A program made the position numbers and the translations under genes. Shown one piece after another: positions 49,056-57,939 of a stretch of DNA of 64,000 nucleotides. Position 1 is the stretch's first letter. Each line of letters opens with the position of its first letter. The notes beneath the pieces are model-generated. The model did no database searches and was not told where the DNA came from. It saw only the letters and a list, made by a program, of their open reading frames with translations. Source of the stretch: an uncultured Pseudobdellovibrionaceae bacterium (GTDB taxonomy: Bacteria; Bdellovibrionota; Bdellovibrionia; Bdellovibrionales; UBA1609); assembly GCA_964389375.1 (NCBI GenBank), contig CAYMDP010000008.1, forward strand, positions 17,985-81,984, given 5' to 3'.

Positions 49056-50564
49056 ATGAATTGTCGAATGGATCAGATCAAGTGGAACAATTCTTATTCT
49101 CAACTTCCCTCTGCTTTTTACAAAGATCAGGATCTGGCACCTGTTCGTGATCCAAAATTGATCCAATTTAACCATGAGCTTTCAAAGAGTCTTGGTTTAA
49201 GTTTTACAGAGACCTCTGAACATGAATTGGCGCAGATCTTTTCGGGCAGTCAGCTTCTAGAGGGTTCTAAGCCGATTGCGATGGCCTATGCAGGTCATCA
49301 GTTTGGCAACTTCGTGCCGCAGCTTGGGGACGGTCGGGCTCTTTTATTAGGTGAGGTTCAAGATGCCTCGGGAAAAAATTGGGATATTCAACTTAAAGGT
49401 TCGGGGCCGACGGTATTTTCTAGACGAGGTGATGGTCGCTCTGCCTTGGGTCCAGTGATCAGAGAGTATGTCCTGAGTGAGGCGATGTGGGCTTTGGGTG
49501 TGCCCACAACCAGAAGTCTTGCCGCCGTCTTAACAGGAGAATCCGTCCAGCGAGAAGAGTTAAGGCCGGGCGGAGTCTTAACCCGAGTGGCTTCAAGTCA
49601 TCTTCGGGTGGGCACCTTCGAGTATTTTGCGGCTCGAGGCGATCATGAGTCCTTAAAACTTCTTTTGAATTATGCATTAAAACGTCATTTTCCTGAGGCC
49701 TTGAATCTGTCTCTGTCCGAGCAAGCAGAACAGTTATTAAAGTCCGTTTTAAAAGTTCAATCCCAGCTTGTCGCCCAGTGGATGAGTCTAGGATTTATTC
49801 ATGGGGTAATGAATACGGATAACTTTAGTATTTCAGGCGAAACTATTGATTACGGCCCCTGTGCCTTTATGGATCATTTTGATTTTAACAAGGTTTATAG
49901 TTCGATTGATGTTCGGGGACGTTATGCTTACTCGAATCAGCCAGGCATAGCCCATTGGAATTTAACTCGGCTGGCAGAGGCTTTGTTGCCCTTGTTGTCA
50001 GAAGATGAATCTGCGGGTGTACAGAAGGCCGAATCCATTTTGAATTTGTTCCCCGAGCAGTTTGAAAGTGAATGGCTTCGATGGATGAAATTGAAATTAG
50101 GTCTTCAAAAAGGTTTTGCTGAGGATCGGCTTTTGATTCAAGAGCTTCTCGACTTAATGCATCGACGAGGTTTGGATTTTACCAATACCTTTTTAGTTCT
50201 TGGTGGGACCTTAAGTGCAGCTTATAGCGATCAGATAAAGACCCTTACTGTTGATTTTAATGAAGTGATGGAGTCCAGTGACTTTAAGACCTGGCTTTCG
50301 AAGTGGCAGCTAAGACTTAAAGACGAAGGCTTAAGTGAAGATCAGCTCTTTACAAGAATGAAAGCCGCGAATCCGGTTTTGATTCCAAGAAATCATTTAG
50401 TGGAAGAGGCCATTCGAGCCGGAGAAGATCAGCTCGATTTTTCTAAAATGATCGAATTAATTGAGTCTTTCAAGACGCCATATGAACTTAGTATGGAAAA
50501 ACTTAAGTATATGACTCCGCCTCGCCCAGAACAAGTGGTTCACAAAACATTCTGCGGAACTTAA
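49056..50564 (+). CDS. selO: Protein adenylyltransferase/AMPylase SelO (YdiU, UPF0061)
   Basis: AYAGHQFGNFVPQLGDGRALLLGE, LKGSGPTVFSRRGDGRSALGP and HGVMNTDNFSISGETIDYGP. Confidence 0.9.
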   Translation: MNCRMDQIKWNNSYSQLPSAFYKDQDLAPVRDPKLIQFNHELSKSLGLSFTETSEHELAQIFSGSQLLEGSKPIAMAYAGHQFGNFVPQLGDGRALLLGEVQDASGKNWDIQLKGSGPTVFSRRGDGRSALGPVIREYVLSEAMWALGVPTTRSLAAVLTGESVQREELRPGGVLTRVASSHLRVGTFEYFAARGDHESLKLLLNYALKRHFPEALNLSLSEQAEQLLKSVLKVQSQLVAQWMSLGFIHGVMNTDNFSISGETIDYGPCAFMDHFDFNKVYSSIDVRGRYAYSNQPGIAHWNLTRLAEALLPLLSEDESAGVQKAESILNLFPEQFESEWLRWMKLKLGLQKGFAEDRLLIQELLDLMHRRGLDFTNTFLVLGGTLSAAYSDQIKTLTVDFNEVMESSDFKTWLSKWQLRLKDEGLSEDQLFTRMKAANPVLIPRNHLVEEAIRAGEDQLDFSKMIELIESFKTPYELSMEKLKYMTPPRPEQVVHKTFCGT

Positions 50565-50575
50565 GTCTGTAGGGT

Positions 50576-51232
50576 TTAGGGATCCATCCCGCATCGGCAT
50601 CCGATCGAATAGTCTGAATATCCTGGTCCATGAGCCGTTGTAGTATACTGACACGAGGATCTCGGCATTGGATAAAGTCCGCCGTTAAATGTTCCAGATG
50701 GGGAGTTCACCCATTCCCCAAGATTTCCAACCATGTCATAGACGCCAAATCGAGAAACACAGCCCTCAAATTCTCCTGGCTGGGACAAACTGTCTGGTAG
50801 TTGATTTAGTCTGGGGTCGTTCATACAAGTCCGACTCCAGCGATTTTCTCCCTGCTTGCAATCCACACCTTGAAATATCCATGGATCGGGAGCTCGATAC
50901 ATTCTTACAACAGGGCTTTCACGATAGATGTTACAGGCTTGTGGAGGAGTTCCCTCACAGGCTAAGGCCCATTCGGAATTTGTTAGAAGGCGTTTGTTCT
51001 GGTTGAGGCAGATGTCCTCACAGGAAAATCTATTCATATATCCAAGTGGTTGAATATTATGGTTATCGTAGACCTCAAATCGGTCTACGCAAATCTGAAT
51101 ATTTTTAGAGCACACTGGGACCATGTCGGCCGGACAAGAATATGAGCATTGCGTAGGTTCTGCCCATCCCTGGTTAAAGAAAAATAATACAAAGCCGGCA
51201 ATTGCCAGAGCGCCGATCCATGACACTCGCAT
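50576..51232 (-). CDS. Exported FGE-sulfatase (SUMF1) domain protein, short paralog
   Basis: Signal/TM N-terminus, RLLTNSEWALACEG, FGVYDMVGNLGEWV and IGCRCG. Cys-rich. Confidence 0.75.
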   Translation of the reverse strand: MRVSWIGALAIAGFVLFFFNQGWAEPTQCSYSCPADMVPVCSKNIQICVDRFEVYDNHNIQPLGYMNRFSCEDICLNQNKRLLTNSEWALACEGTPPQACNIYRESPVVRMYRAPDPWIFQGVDCKQGENRWSRTCMNDPRLNQLPDSLSQPGEFEGCVSRFGVYDMVGNLGEWVNSPSGTFNGGLYPMPRSSCQYTTTAHGPGYSDYSIGCRCGMDP

Positions 51233-51235
51233 CTG

Positions 51236-51269
51236 CTAAAACCCTCAAAAGTAAAATTCTGATTGAGGG
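51236..51269 (-). terminator. Hairpin with a short U-tract between the two FGE-domain genes
   Basis: 7-bp stem ccctcaa / ttgaggg with a 14-nt loop. On the minus strand it is followed by TTTTAG. Confidence 0.4.
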
Positions 51270-51312
51270 ATTATTTTCTGGCAAATGAATTATGACTTAA
51301 GTCCGAACGAAG

Positions 51313-52416
51313 TTACTGGGGAACAACATCCTTGCAGCAGCGAAAGCCCTCTTGATAATAGGAGTGCTGTGTGTCGGTCGTAACATCTTTAAAATGTTCA
51401 TAGGGTTGGCGAACTAGACAATCGTCGGGGTAGGTTTTGTTATCTCGGACTACAAAAAATGAGCCCTTTCTTTCGGTTTTAGCACTTACGGATTCGGCAA
51501 TACCACTTGAGCTGACAGACAAAGTTTGCGCCAGTTCGCTTGGACCCGTTGGAAAGCTAACAACCTCCGCAACATTTCCATGTAGATCGTAAATATTTGT
51601 AGCCGATCGACAATCATGCTTCATTCCAGACGGCCAGGTGTTTGTACCACATGAACGAAAATCAGATGGACCCTGATGACATGAGGCCGATTTTCCGTTT
51701 GAGGCATAAATCTCATGAATGCGTCCAAGGATCTGAGGAGAAAAATCCGGATCGTTTCGATCAAAAATTCCACATAAGCCGCCACCGGTATCTTTCTGAT
51801 GGGCCAATTGATTTTGCCATTGAAAGGCCCATACTTTTTCGCGAGTCGAATTTATAACCGACCGCCGGTCCCGAAGGCTCGGAAGGTCAAAGCGATAAGA
51901 ATCCTTATTTTTTTTGCCCCCGGCGCAAGCGGTTTCCCATTCATGAGAATTACAGAGTCTTTTTCCCATGCTTTCACAGATTTGTTTGGCCGTTGCGGAA
52001 GGAACCCAAACGACAGGATACTCGCAGGGAATATTAGGAAACTCAAATTGATCCACACAAACTTTTGTATCGCGTGGATCCCCACCAACCGAATTCGGAA
52101 TTGGCGCCATCCATTTTGCGGAACAAATTTTTTCATAATCCTGATCTTGGCGAATTTTTCCTGTATCCAATACTTTCATTCGACATTCGGTGCGCGTGGC
52201 CGGATGCCATGAATTGTTTGGTCCCTTTAATACCTCAGGGTCTTCCGTGCCGATGTTGCGAGTTAAAGAGCTGTTTCGGGTCAGAATATTTTTAAGCCTT
52301 TGTGCCGCCTCTCCTTGCAAACCGTGTTCTTGGATGACCTTGTTTGCAAATTCCGGGGACTCGGCGGCAAGCGAAATAGAAGGAGTGAGTAGAGTTAAAA
52401 AAATAATCAATCGCAT
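51313..52416 (-). CDS. Exported FGE-sulfatase (SUMF1) domain protein, long paralog
   Basis: Signal peptide MRLIIFLTLLTPSISLAA, CVDQFEFPN, KRLCNSHEWETACAG, IYDLHGNVAEVV and GFRCC. Confidence 0.75.
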   Translation of the reverse strand: MRLIIFLTLLTPSISLAAESPEFANKVIQEHGLQGEAAQRLKNILTRNSSLTRNIGTEDPEVLKGPNNSWHPATRTECRMKVLDTGKIRQDQDYEKICSAKWMAPIPNSVGGDPRDTKVCVDQFEFPNIPCEYPVVWVPSATAKQICESMGKRLCNSHEWETACAGGKKNKDSYRFDLPSLRDRRSVINSTREKVWAFQWQNQLAHQKDTGGGLCGIFDRNDPDFSPQILGRIHEIYASNGKSASCHQGPSDFRSCGTNTWPSGMKHDCRSATNIYDLHGNVAEVVSFPTGPSELAQTLSVSSSGIAESVSAKTERKGSFFVVRDNKTYPDDCLVRQPYEHFKDVTTDTQHSYYQEGFRCCKDVVPQ

Positions 52417-52417
52417 A

Positions 52418-53308
52418 TTAAGGCCTTTTTTCTAAGTTTTGACTTACAATTTTATTTACCCGCAATAGATCTAAAAACATTTTCATCGGGTCTAAAATTG
52501 GATTCACTGTCGAATCACCATCATTAAACCAGTGAACATCTTGACTTTTAATTCGGTAGTTTAGTCGTTGAGCCATCATTAAGAGTTCAATATCGAAAGA
52601 AAATCCATCTATGGTTTCTCTTTGAAATAGGTTCTGAGCGGCCTCACATTTAAAGCCCTTGAATCCACACTGGGTATCCCACTCTCCCGGTAAGCCAACC
52701 ATCCAACCGACAAGTCCATGGAAGGTTCTTCCCATCAGTTTTCGTAAAGAGGATTGATCCGAATCTCGAATACGTTTTCCAATCACAAGATCCTGGTCCG
52801 GGTTTTCGATGAATATCTTCATAAAATAAAATATTTCTGCGAGAGGGGTGGCTAAGTCCAGATCTGTATAAAAAACGAAATCCCCTTGAGCCTGCAAAAT
52901 TCCAGATTTTACGGCATAACCCTTTCCGCGATGAACCTCGTTGTCTGTCACTTTGATGAAGTCAGTCCCACTAGCCGCCTGACGGGCGAGTTCTAAGCTG
53001 CGATCGGGAGAGGTCTCAATCCTTATCAGTACTTCGATCGGAACAGGATATCGTTGAAAAAACTCTTGAATTCGATCAATAGAAGCCGCAATTCGACGCT
53101 CCTCGCGATAGGCCGGTATGACTAAGCTTAGCTTCTGATTTGTGCGGTTCAGGTATTCCGCAACTTCTTGATGGGTTCGGTCGAGATCGGAGTATTGGGC
53201 AAGCAGGGACTCACAATAATGTCTATCTTTGGCCCAAGCTAAAGAGCTAAAAAGAATTATTGCAATAGAGGAAAGCAGCCCCAATTTCAGCCCGAAGCCT
53301 CGCCCCAT
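52418..53308 (-). CDS. Membrane-anchored family 2 glycosyltransferase (Dpm1 / dolichyl-P-glucosyltransferase-like)
   Basis: N-terminal hydrophobic anchor, LSLVIPAYREERRI, RGKGYAVKSG and FYTDLDLATP. The stop is 1 nt before the FGE gene start. Confidence 0.75.
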   Translation of the reverse strand: MGRGFGLKLGLLSSIAIILFSSLAWAKDRHYCESLLAQYSDLDRTHQEVAEYLNRTNQKLSLVIPAYREERRIAASIDRIQEFFQRYPVPIEVLIRIETSPDRSLELARQAASGTDFIKVTDNEVHRGKGYAVKSGILQAQGDFVFYTDLDLATPLAEIFYFMKIFIENPDQDLVIGKRIRDSDQSSLRKLMGRTFHGLVGWMVGLPGEWDTQCGFKGFKCEAAQNLFQRETIDGFSFDIELLMMAQRLNYRIKSQDVHWFNDGDSTVNPILDPMKMFLDLLRVNKIVSQNLEKRP

Positions 53309-53465
53309 AGAATTCTCCTTCTAGTTCAAAAAAATGAATACTTAGTGGCTTAGTAGATTCATTTGGATCTTTGTTTAGGTCTTTTACAGCCCTGCTTGAC
53401 TCCACGCAACACAAATGTTACGCATCACGTCACATTTATATCTACCCCCAGATTTGAGGTCCTTA

Positions 53466-55109
53466 ATGAATAAGCGCATCTGCTTTTTTGCTTTAACCCT
53501 GTTCCTTTGTGTTTCTTCAGCGCGGGCTCAGGATTTCACTCAAATTCAAACCTCCCTGAATAAGATGACGGCGCCTCAGTTTCAGCTTTTAGATCTACAT
53601 TCTGGCTATGGATCCGAATACATTTTGCAGTTCTCCGCAGGGCGAAGCTTTCACCTTAGTTCAGCTGAAGACCACTTCCTAAGAATCAACCCAAGCGGCC
53701 AAATTGTAGTTCTTAGAGCCGATAAAAAGTCAGAAGAGATTCGTTGTGCAGACCTAGAGAGCAGTCAAATAATCCAGAAACTTGTCAGTCAATCTCGAAG
53801 CCTTCCTTTTTTTGGTGTGTGTGGTGGCCGAGTGTTTATTCGGAACAAAACCAACGGATACCAGAGTCGCGTAGAGTGGGGGAGTAGTGTTCTTCGAGAT
53901 AACTTTGGAGAGCTCGGAGAGCGCCTCGTGGATGCGGTTAAATTATTTCGCCCAGACCGAGGTTCCGCTGCGGAGGTGACCGGTCACGGTCGTGCAGGCT
54001 CTGGCGCAGGTCCGGAGGGGCTCCTTCCGGCCAAAATCTCTGCCCAATATAAAGATGCAAAACTCCGACCTGGGGACTTGGGAATTCAAGTCGCTGGGGA
54101 GGCCGAGGGCATGCTAAATCCCGGACATTGGTATCAGGCCAAAAACTTTCCGGATTTTGCTGTGAGTATTATTTCGGCCTCAATGATCGATGAAAATCTT
54201 CTCAAAACCCACAAGGACCGCGTCGGGGAATTGGATAGTGCAGAACAAAGTAACCTCGTCTACCTCGTTGCCTGGGATGCCGACAGATTTGGTCTTGGAT
54301 GGGTCCACGGCACGCAACACCCCGGTGTCGAATGGTCTCCGCGTGCAGAACATGTTGACCGGAATCCCCCACAGGGCCCCGATGGTTTTGGAAGTTTAGA
54401 TCCATTTGTTGGGGTGGGTGCTGTTCGTCCGGACATTGTCCCCAAAGTTGTGGCTACATTTTCTGGCGGATTTCAAAGACGTCACAGCGCTTTTAAGTTC
54501 GGCGAACTGAGCCAAGCCAACAAAGGCCACCACTATGGATTTATTGAGGATGGTGTTGTTTTAAGTCGCCTACAGCCTTCATTGGCGACGATCTATGTAG
54601 ACCAAAATGGCAAGGTGGATCTTCGCACCTGGCAGGCCGGGCTTGCCAACGAAAATTCGCTTAAATTCGCTAGGCAAAATGGTGTGCCACTGATCGAAGG
54701 GGGCACGAACACCACCTCGGGAGTGCCCGGTCGATTCGTTAATAGTTGGGGCGCTGGAAACTGGTCCGGAAGTGTCGATTCAAAGCTTCGAACTCCCCGT
54801 GCAGCGGCTTGCCTCGTCCGTGAGGGGCAAAAGTCCTACTTTATCTACGCGTACTTCAGTAGCGCGACCCCCAACTCGATGGCTCGAGTTTTTCAAGCCT
54901 ACCAATGTGATGAAGCGATTCACCTTGATATGAATAGTGCAGGACAATCCTATTTTAGTATTTTTAAGCAAACGGGCCCGCTGAAATTTGAGATTGAACA
55001 TTTGGTTAAAGAAATGGCGGGCGTTGACTCCAACGTGAATGGAAAAGCCACACCTCGATATCTTCTGAAATCGGACTATCGTGATTTCTTTTACTTAAGA
55101 GAACAGTAA
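53466..55109 (+). CDS. Secreted protein, distantly phosphodiester-glycosidase (NAGPA/DUF2233)-like
   Basis: Signal peptide MNKRICFFALTLFLCVSSARA. The C-terminal half shows the pattern FSGGF...RTPRAAACL...AIHLDMNSAGQS, resembling GGFF...RTAIG...ALNLDGGGS. Confidence 0.4.
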   Translation: MNKRICFFALTLFLCVSSARAQDFTQIQTSLNKMTAPQFQLLDLHSGYGSEYILQFSAGRSFHLSSAEDHFLRINPSGQIVVLRADKKSEEIRCADLESSQIIQKLVSQSRSLPFFGVCGGRVFIRNKTNGYQSRVEWGSSVLRDNFGELGERLVDAVKLFRPDRGSAAEVTGHGRAGSGAGPEGLLPAKISAQYKDAKLRPGDLGIQVAGEAEGMLNPGHWYQAKNFPDFAVSIISASMIDENLLKTHKDRVGELDSAEQSNLVYLVAWDADRFGLGWVHGTQHPGVEWSPRAEHVDRNPPQGPDGFGSLDPFVGVGAVRPDIVPKVVATFSGGFQRRHSAFKFGELSQANKGHHYGFIEDGVVLSRLQPSLATIYVDQNGKVDLRTWQAGLANENSLKFARQNGVPLIEGGTNTTSGVPGRFVNSWGAGNWSGSVDSKLRTPRAAACLVREGQKSYFIYAYFSSATPNSMARVFQAYQCDEAIHLDMNSAGQSYFSIFKQTGPLKFEIEHLVKEMAGVDSNVNGKATPRYLLKSDYRDFFYLREQ

Positions 55110-55113
55110 GCAA

Positions 55114-55383
55114 GTGCTTCAGAGGATCACGGGCTGTTTTTTGTCCATTGCGCTCCTATTGCCAATCGGTGCTGGGAGTACCTTGCCTACTCCTGAAGAG
55201 ACATTCCTTCGACGTAAAACTGAGATTCTGGCGAATATGGAGAAAGCCCTGTTCGCACATAGAAAAAAATCGGATGTTTTCTTTATCTACAGAAAAAAGC
55301 CGGCCGCATCTTCAATCGTGAAAATTCGTCTTGTCCTCTCGAAGTCCAAGAGACTCTTGGTGAATTGGGGGAAAGGGGCATAA
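55114..55383 (+). CDS. Small exported hypothetical protein (or the N-terminal part of a frameshifted gene)
   Basis: Signal-like MLQRITGCFLSIALLLPIGAGS. Contains agA_AAA_AAA at 55263-55269. Overlaps the next ORF by 19 nt. Confidence 0.35.
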   Translation: MLQRITGCFLSIALLLPIGAGSTLPTPEETFLRRKTEILANMEKALFAHRKKSDVFFIYRKKPAASSIVKIRLVLSKSKRLLVNWGKGA

Positions 55384-55910
55384 AGGCGGTGCTTTTATCG
55401 ACTTCGGCTGAACTAGATTTAAAAAGGGCTCTTATTGAAAAGCCTACGAAGGAAAGTGTTTTAATTGCTGGAAGTCTTGTTGCATTTACCGGTTGGCCGG
55501 AAAGCTGGAGCCCTCTTGGTTTGAATATCGGTGATCCCAGCTTGGGTTTGGTCTTAAGTTTTGGCTTGCTTCTTCGTGACGAGGGCTCTGGCTACAGGGC
55601 GAGTCACCTGGTTTTTGACGTTGAGCTCGCGGACCGCGCCGTCTTTCCAACGCTTATTGCTTCTGCAAATGTTCGAGTCGTATATCTTATTGAAAGCCCC
55701 GAATTCCAAGGACTGTCACGACAGCAGTATGATTCTTGGTATCTTCCCGGAGGTCCAACCATAACTTCAACTATGGAACAATTAGGCCTTGGATTCTCCC
55801 TTGGTGCGAGCATTCCACCTATAGTGACGATGTCGGCCAATTTTAGAACAAAGGGATCGCGACTTAAGATTCCAATTCGACGCGAAAATAAGTGTTCTGC
55901 GGTACTTTAA
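55365..55910 (+). CDS. Hypothetical protein
   Basis: 181-aa ORF with a TTG start and no clear SD. Its frame is open upstream to 55263. Confidence 0.4.
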   Translation: MGERGIKAVLLSTSAELDLKRALIEKPTKESVLIAGSLVAFTGWPESWSPLGLNIGDPSLGLVLSFGLLLRDEGSGYRASHLVFDVELADRAVFPTLIASANVRVVYLIESPEFQGLSRQQYDSWYLPGGPTITSTMEQLGLGFSLGASIPPIVTMSANFRTKGSRLKIPIRRENKCSAVL

Positions 55911-56029
55911 AAAATATCTAAAACTTAAGTTGTGTTGGGCATTGTCGGAGCCAAGCGCCCCAGATCTGTCCCTCAGTTAGAGACTAAGGTGCCCTAGGGC
56001 AAGGCGCGAGTTCATCCCTTTTGTGAAGA

Positions 56030-57313
56030 TCAGCGCCGTGGGCTGCCAGAGGAGCCTTTTTTCTTGGCACCCCAAGAGCCTCTTCGAGGAGGTCTTCGTC
56101 CTTGAGGTTTTCTGCTTTGCCCTTCGATCATGGCTTTGGCTTTTCCAACACCGATTACACGAGCTTGAAAGGCATTTTCGGAGTGGTAGGGCTGATCCCG
56201 AATGACTTCGATTTGTTGCTTAGTCACTTTTTCGATATTGGCCAGGTATGATTTTTCTTCCCCTGTGACCAGAGATATCGCAATTCCATCAGCGCCGGCT
56301 CGAGCGGTTCGACCAATGCGGTGAACATAGGACTCGGCCAGATTGGGTAGATCAAAATTTATGACGTGACTAATGCCATCGATATCAATTCCGCGTGAAG
56401 CAATGTCGGTCGCAACCAAAACTCGCACTTTGCCCTGAGTAAATGCTTGTAGGGCTTTCTGACGGGCTCCTTGAGTTTTATTTCCATGAATGGCCTGTGC
56501 GCTGATGCCATTTTTTTCTAATTTTTCTGTCACACGATTGGCAACATGTTTCATTCCTACAAAAACAAGAGTCTTTGTTAAATTTTTACTTTTAAGTAAG
56601 TGAACCAAAAGATCCATTTTATTTTTCTTTTCAACGTACATCACCAGCTGCTGAATGCGCTCGACGGTCGTTGCCGGCGGAGTGACTTCGACTTTTTTGG
56701 GTTGGACCAAAATTTTCGAAGCCAAAGCCTGAATCTCTGGAGGCATAGTTGCTGAAAAAAACAAATTGTGTCGCTTCGAAGGAAGCAGAGGCAAAATCTT
56801 TTGGATATCGCGCATAAATCCCATATCCAGCATGCGATCAGCTTCGTCTAGGACGAAGATCTCAACTTTATTTAATCGCAAATGCTTTTGCTGGATCAGA
56901 TCTAAGAGTCTTCCAGGAGTTGCGACAAGGACGTCGACGCCGTTTCGAAGACTTTGTACCTGTGGATTTTGCCCAACTCCACCAAAGATGACCGAGTACC
57001 TTTGACTTAAGAATTGACCATAGGTCTGCAGACTTTCATGAATCTGAATGGCGAGCTCTCGAGTGGGAGTAAGAATTAAAGCCCGTGGACAGCGAGGCTC
57101 TCGATTTATTTTTTTTAAAGACAGATGATTCAGGATCGGCAGACAAAAGGCAGCTGTTTTTCCGGTCCCTGTTTGTGCGATTCCTAAAAGGTCTGATCCC
57201 TCAAGTACCAATGGAATAGCCTGAGATTGAATCGGTGTGGGTGTGTCGTAGCCAACTTTGATTAAGGCTTTTTGAAGTGGGTCGATCAGGTCGAGGTCTT
57301 TAAATAGGGTCAT
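56030..57313 (-). CDS. rhlE: DEAD-box ATP-dependent RNA helicase, RhlE-like
   Basis: Q-motif GYDTPTPIQ, AQTGTGKTAAF, PTRELA, VLDEADRMLDMGF, SAT, HRIGRTARAG and a basic RG-rich tail. The start was set at ATG 57313 (MTLFKDL). Confidence 0.9.
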   Translation of the reverse strand: MTLFKDLDLIDPLQKALIKVGYDTPTPIQSQAIPLVLEGSDLLGIAQTGTGKTAAFCLPILNHLSLKKINREPRCPRALILTPTRELAIQIHESLQTYGQFLSQRYSVIFGGVGQNPQVQSLRNGVDVLVATPGRLLDLIQQKHLRLNKVEIFVLDEADRMLDMGFMRDIQKILPLLPSKRHNLFFSATMPPEIQALASKILVQPKKVEVTPPATTVERIQQLVMYVEKKNKMDLLVHLLKSKNLTKTLVFVGMKHVANRVTEKLEKNGISAQAIHGNKTQGARQKALQAFTQGKVRVLVATDIASRGIDIDGISHVINFDLPNLAESYVHRIGRTARAGADGIAISLVTGEEKSYLANIEKVTKQQIEVIRDQPYHSENAFQARVIGVGKAKAMIEGQSRKPQGRRPPRRGSWGAKKKGSSGSPRR

Positions 57314-57786
57314 TTTAGTTTTGCTGGCACCGCAGAGCCGCTCCATATGTTTTTTGAGTAACTTCCGCCCATTTTTTGTTTCTGGGCCCTAATATCAGTA
57401 TCCAGTAATGTATCGAAGCCTTTTTTTGCCGCCAAAAAAGCCAGATGCAATTGAGCTTCGTCGCGGCTCCCGGCACCTTCAATTTTATAGGGCTTTTCTC
57501 CTCGTCGCATCAGCCGGGTCTCTTTGCTTTGGCCGATTTCGTAGATATCAATGTTTTTTGCCTGGACTAGAATGGCTTCAAGTTCTTCAAGCTGTGGATG
57601 GACCTTTTGGTTGTAACAACTGGGACAAAAGGTTTTATGCATTAAGCTTTCTGGCATCATAAAGGAGTATTCAACGGCGCCTTCGTCAATAAAGTGAGAG
57701 CATTCTTTGCAGGTGATTTCGAGGCAGGTCTCGCACCGAATGGCGGTTTTATTTTTTGCGCAAAAGCTACAGCTTAGAACTTCCAA
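57310..57786 (-). CDS. Zinc-ribbon protein with a YbjQ/UPF0145-like C-terminal region
   Basis: Four CxxC pairs (CSFC, CETC, CKEC, CPSC). The C-terminus AQLHLAFLAAKKGFDTLLDTDI resembles the YbjQ core. The stop overlaps the rhlE start (ATGA). Confidence 0.4.
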   Translation of the reverse strand: MEVLSCSFCAKNKTAIRCETCLEITCKECSHFIDEGAVEYSFMMPESLMHKTFCPSCYNQKVHPQLEELEAILVQAKNIDIYEIGQSKETRLMRRGEKPYKIEGAGSRDEAQLHLAFLAAKKGFDTLLDTDIRAQKQKMGGSYSKNIWSGSAVPAKLK

Positions 57787-57939
57787 CTTAAGACAATCCT
57801 TATTGAGATTTTAATGCTGAGCTGAAAGCGGGTGACCGACTGGATCGAGCTCGTGATTAGGCCCAATAGGTACACCAATTTTATGACAAACGACATCAAT
57901 TATTCAGAAATGTCCGCCAAATGGAGGGCGTTTAGTGCC

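Noticed and set aside
49056-50564. SelO next to the ArsS-type (sometimes selenoprotein) cluster as a selenium-related island
   Set aside because: No in-frame TGA and no SECIS-like hairpin is evident in the radical SAM or AhpD-like genes; both use Cys. No selA/selB/selD genes are present. The adjacency is most simply coincidental.
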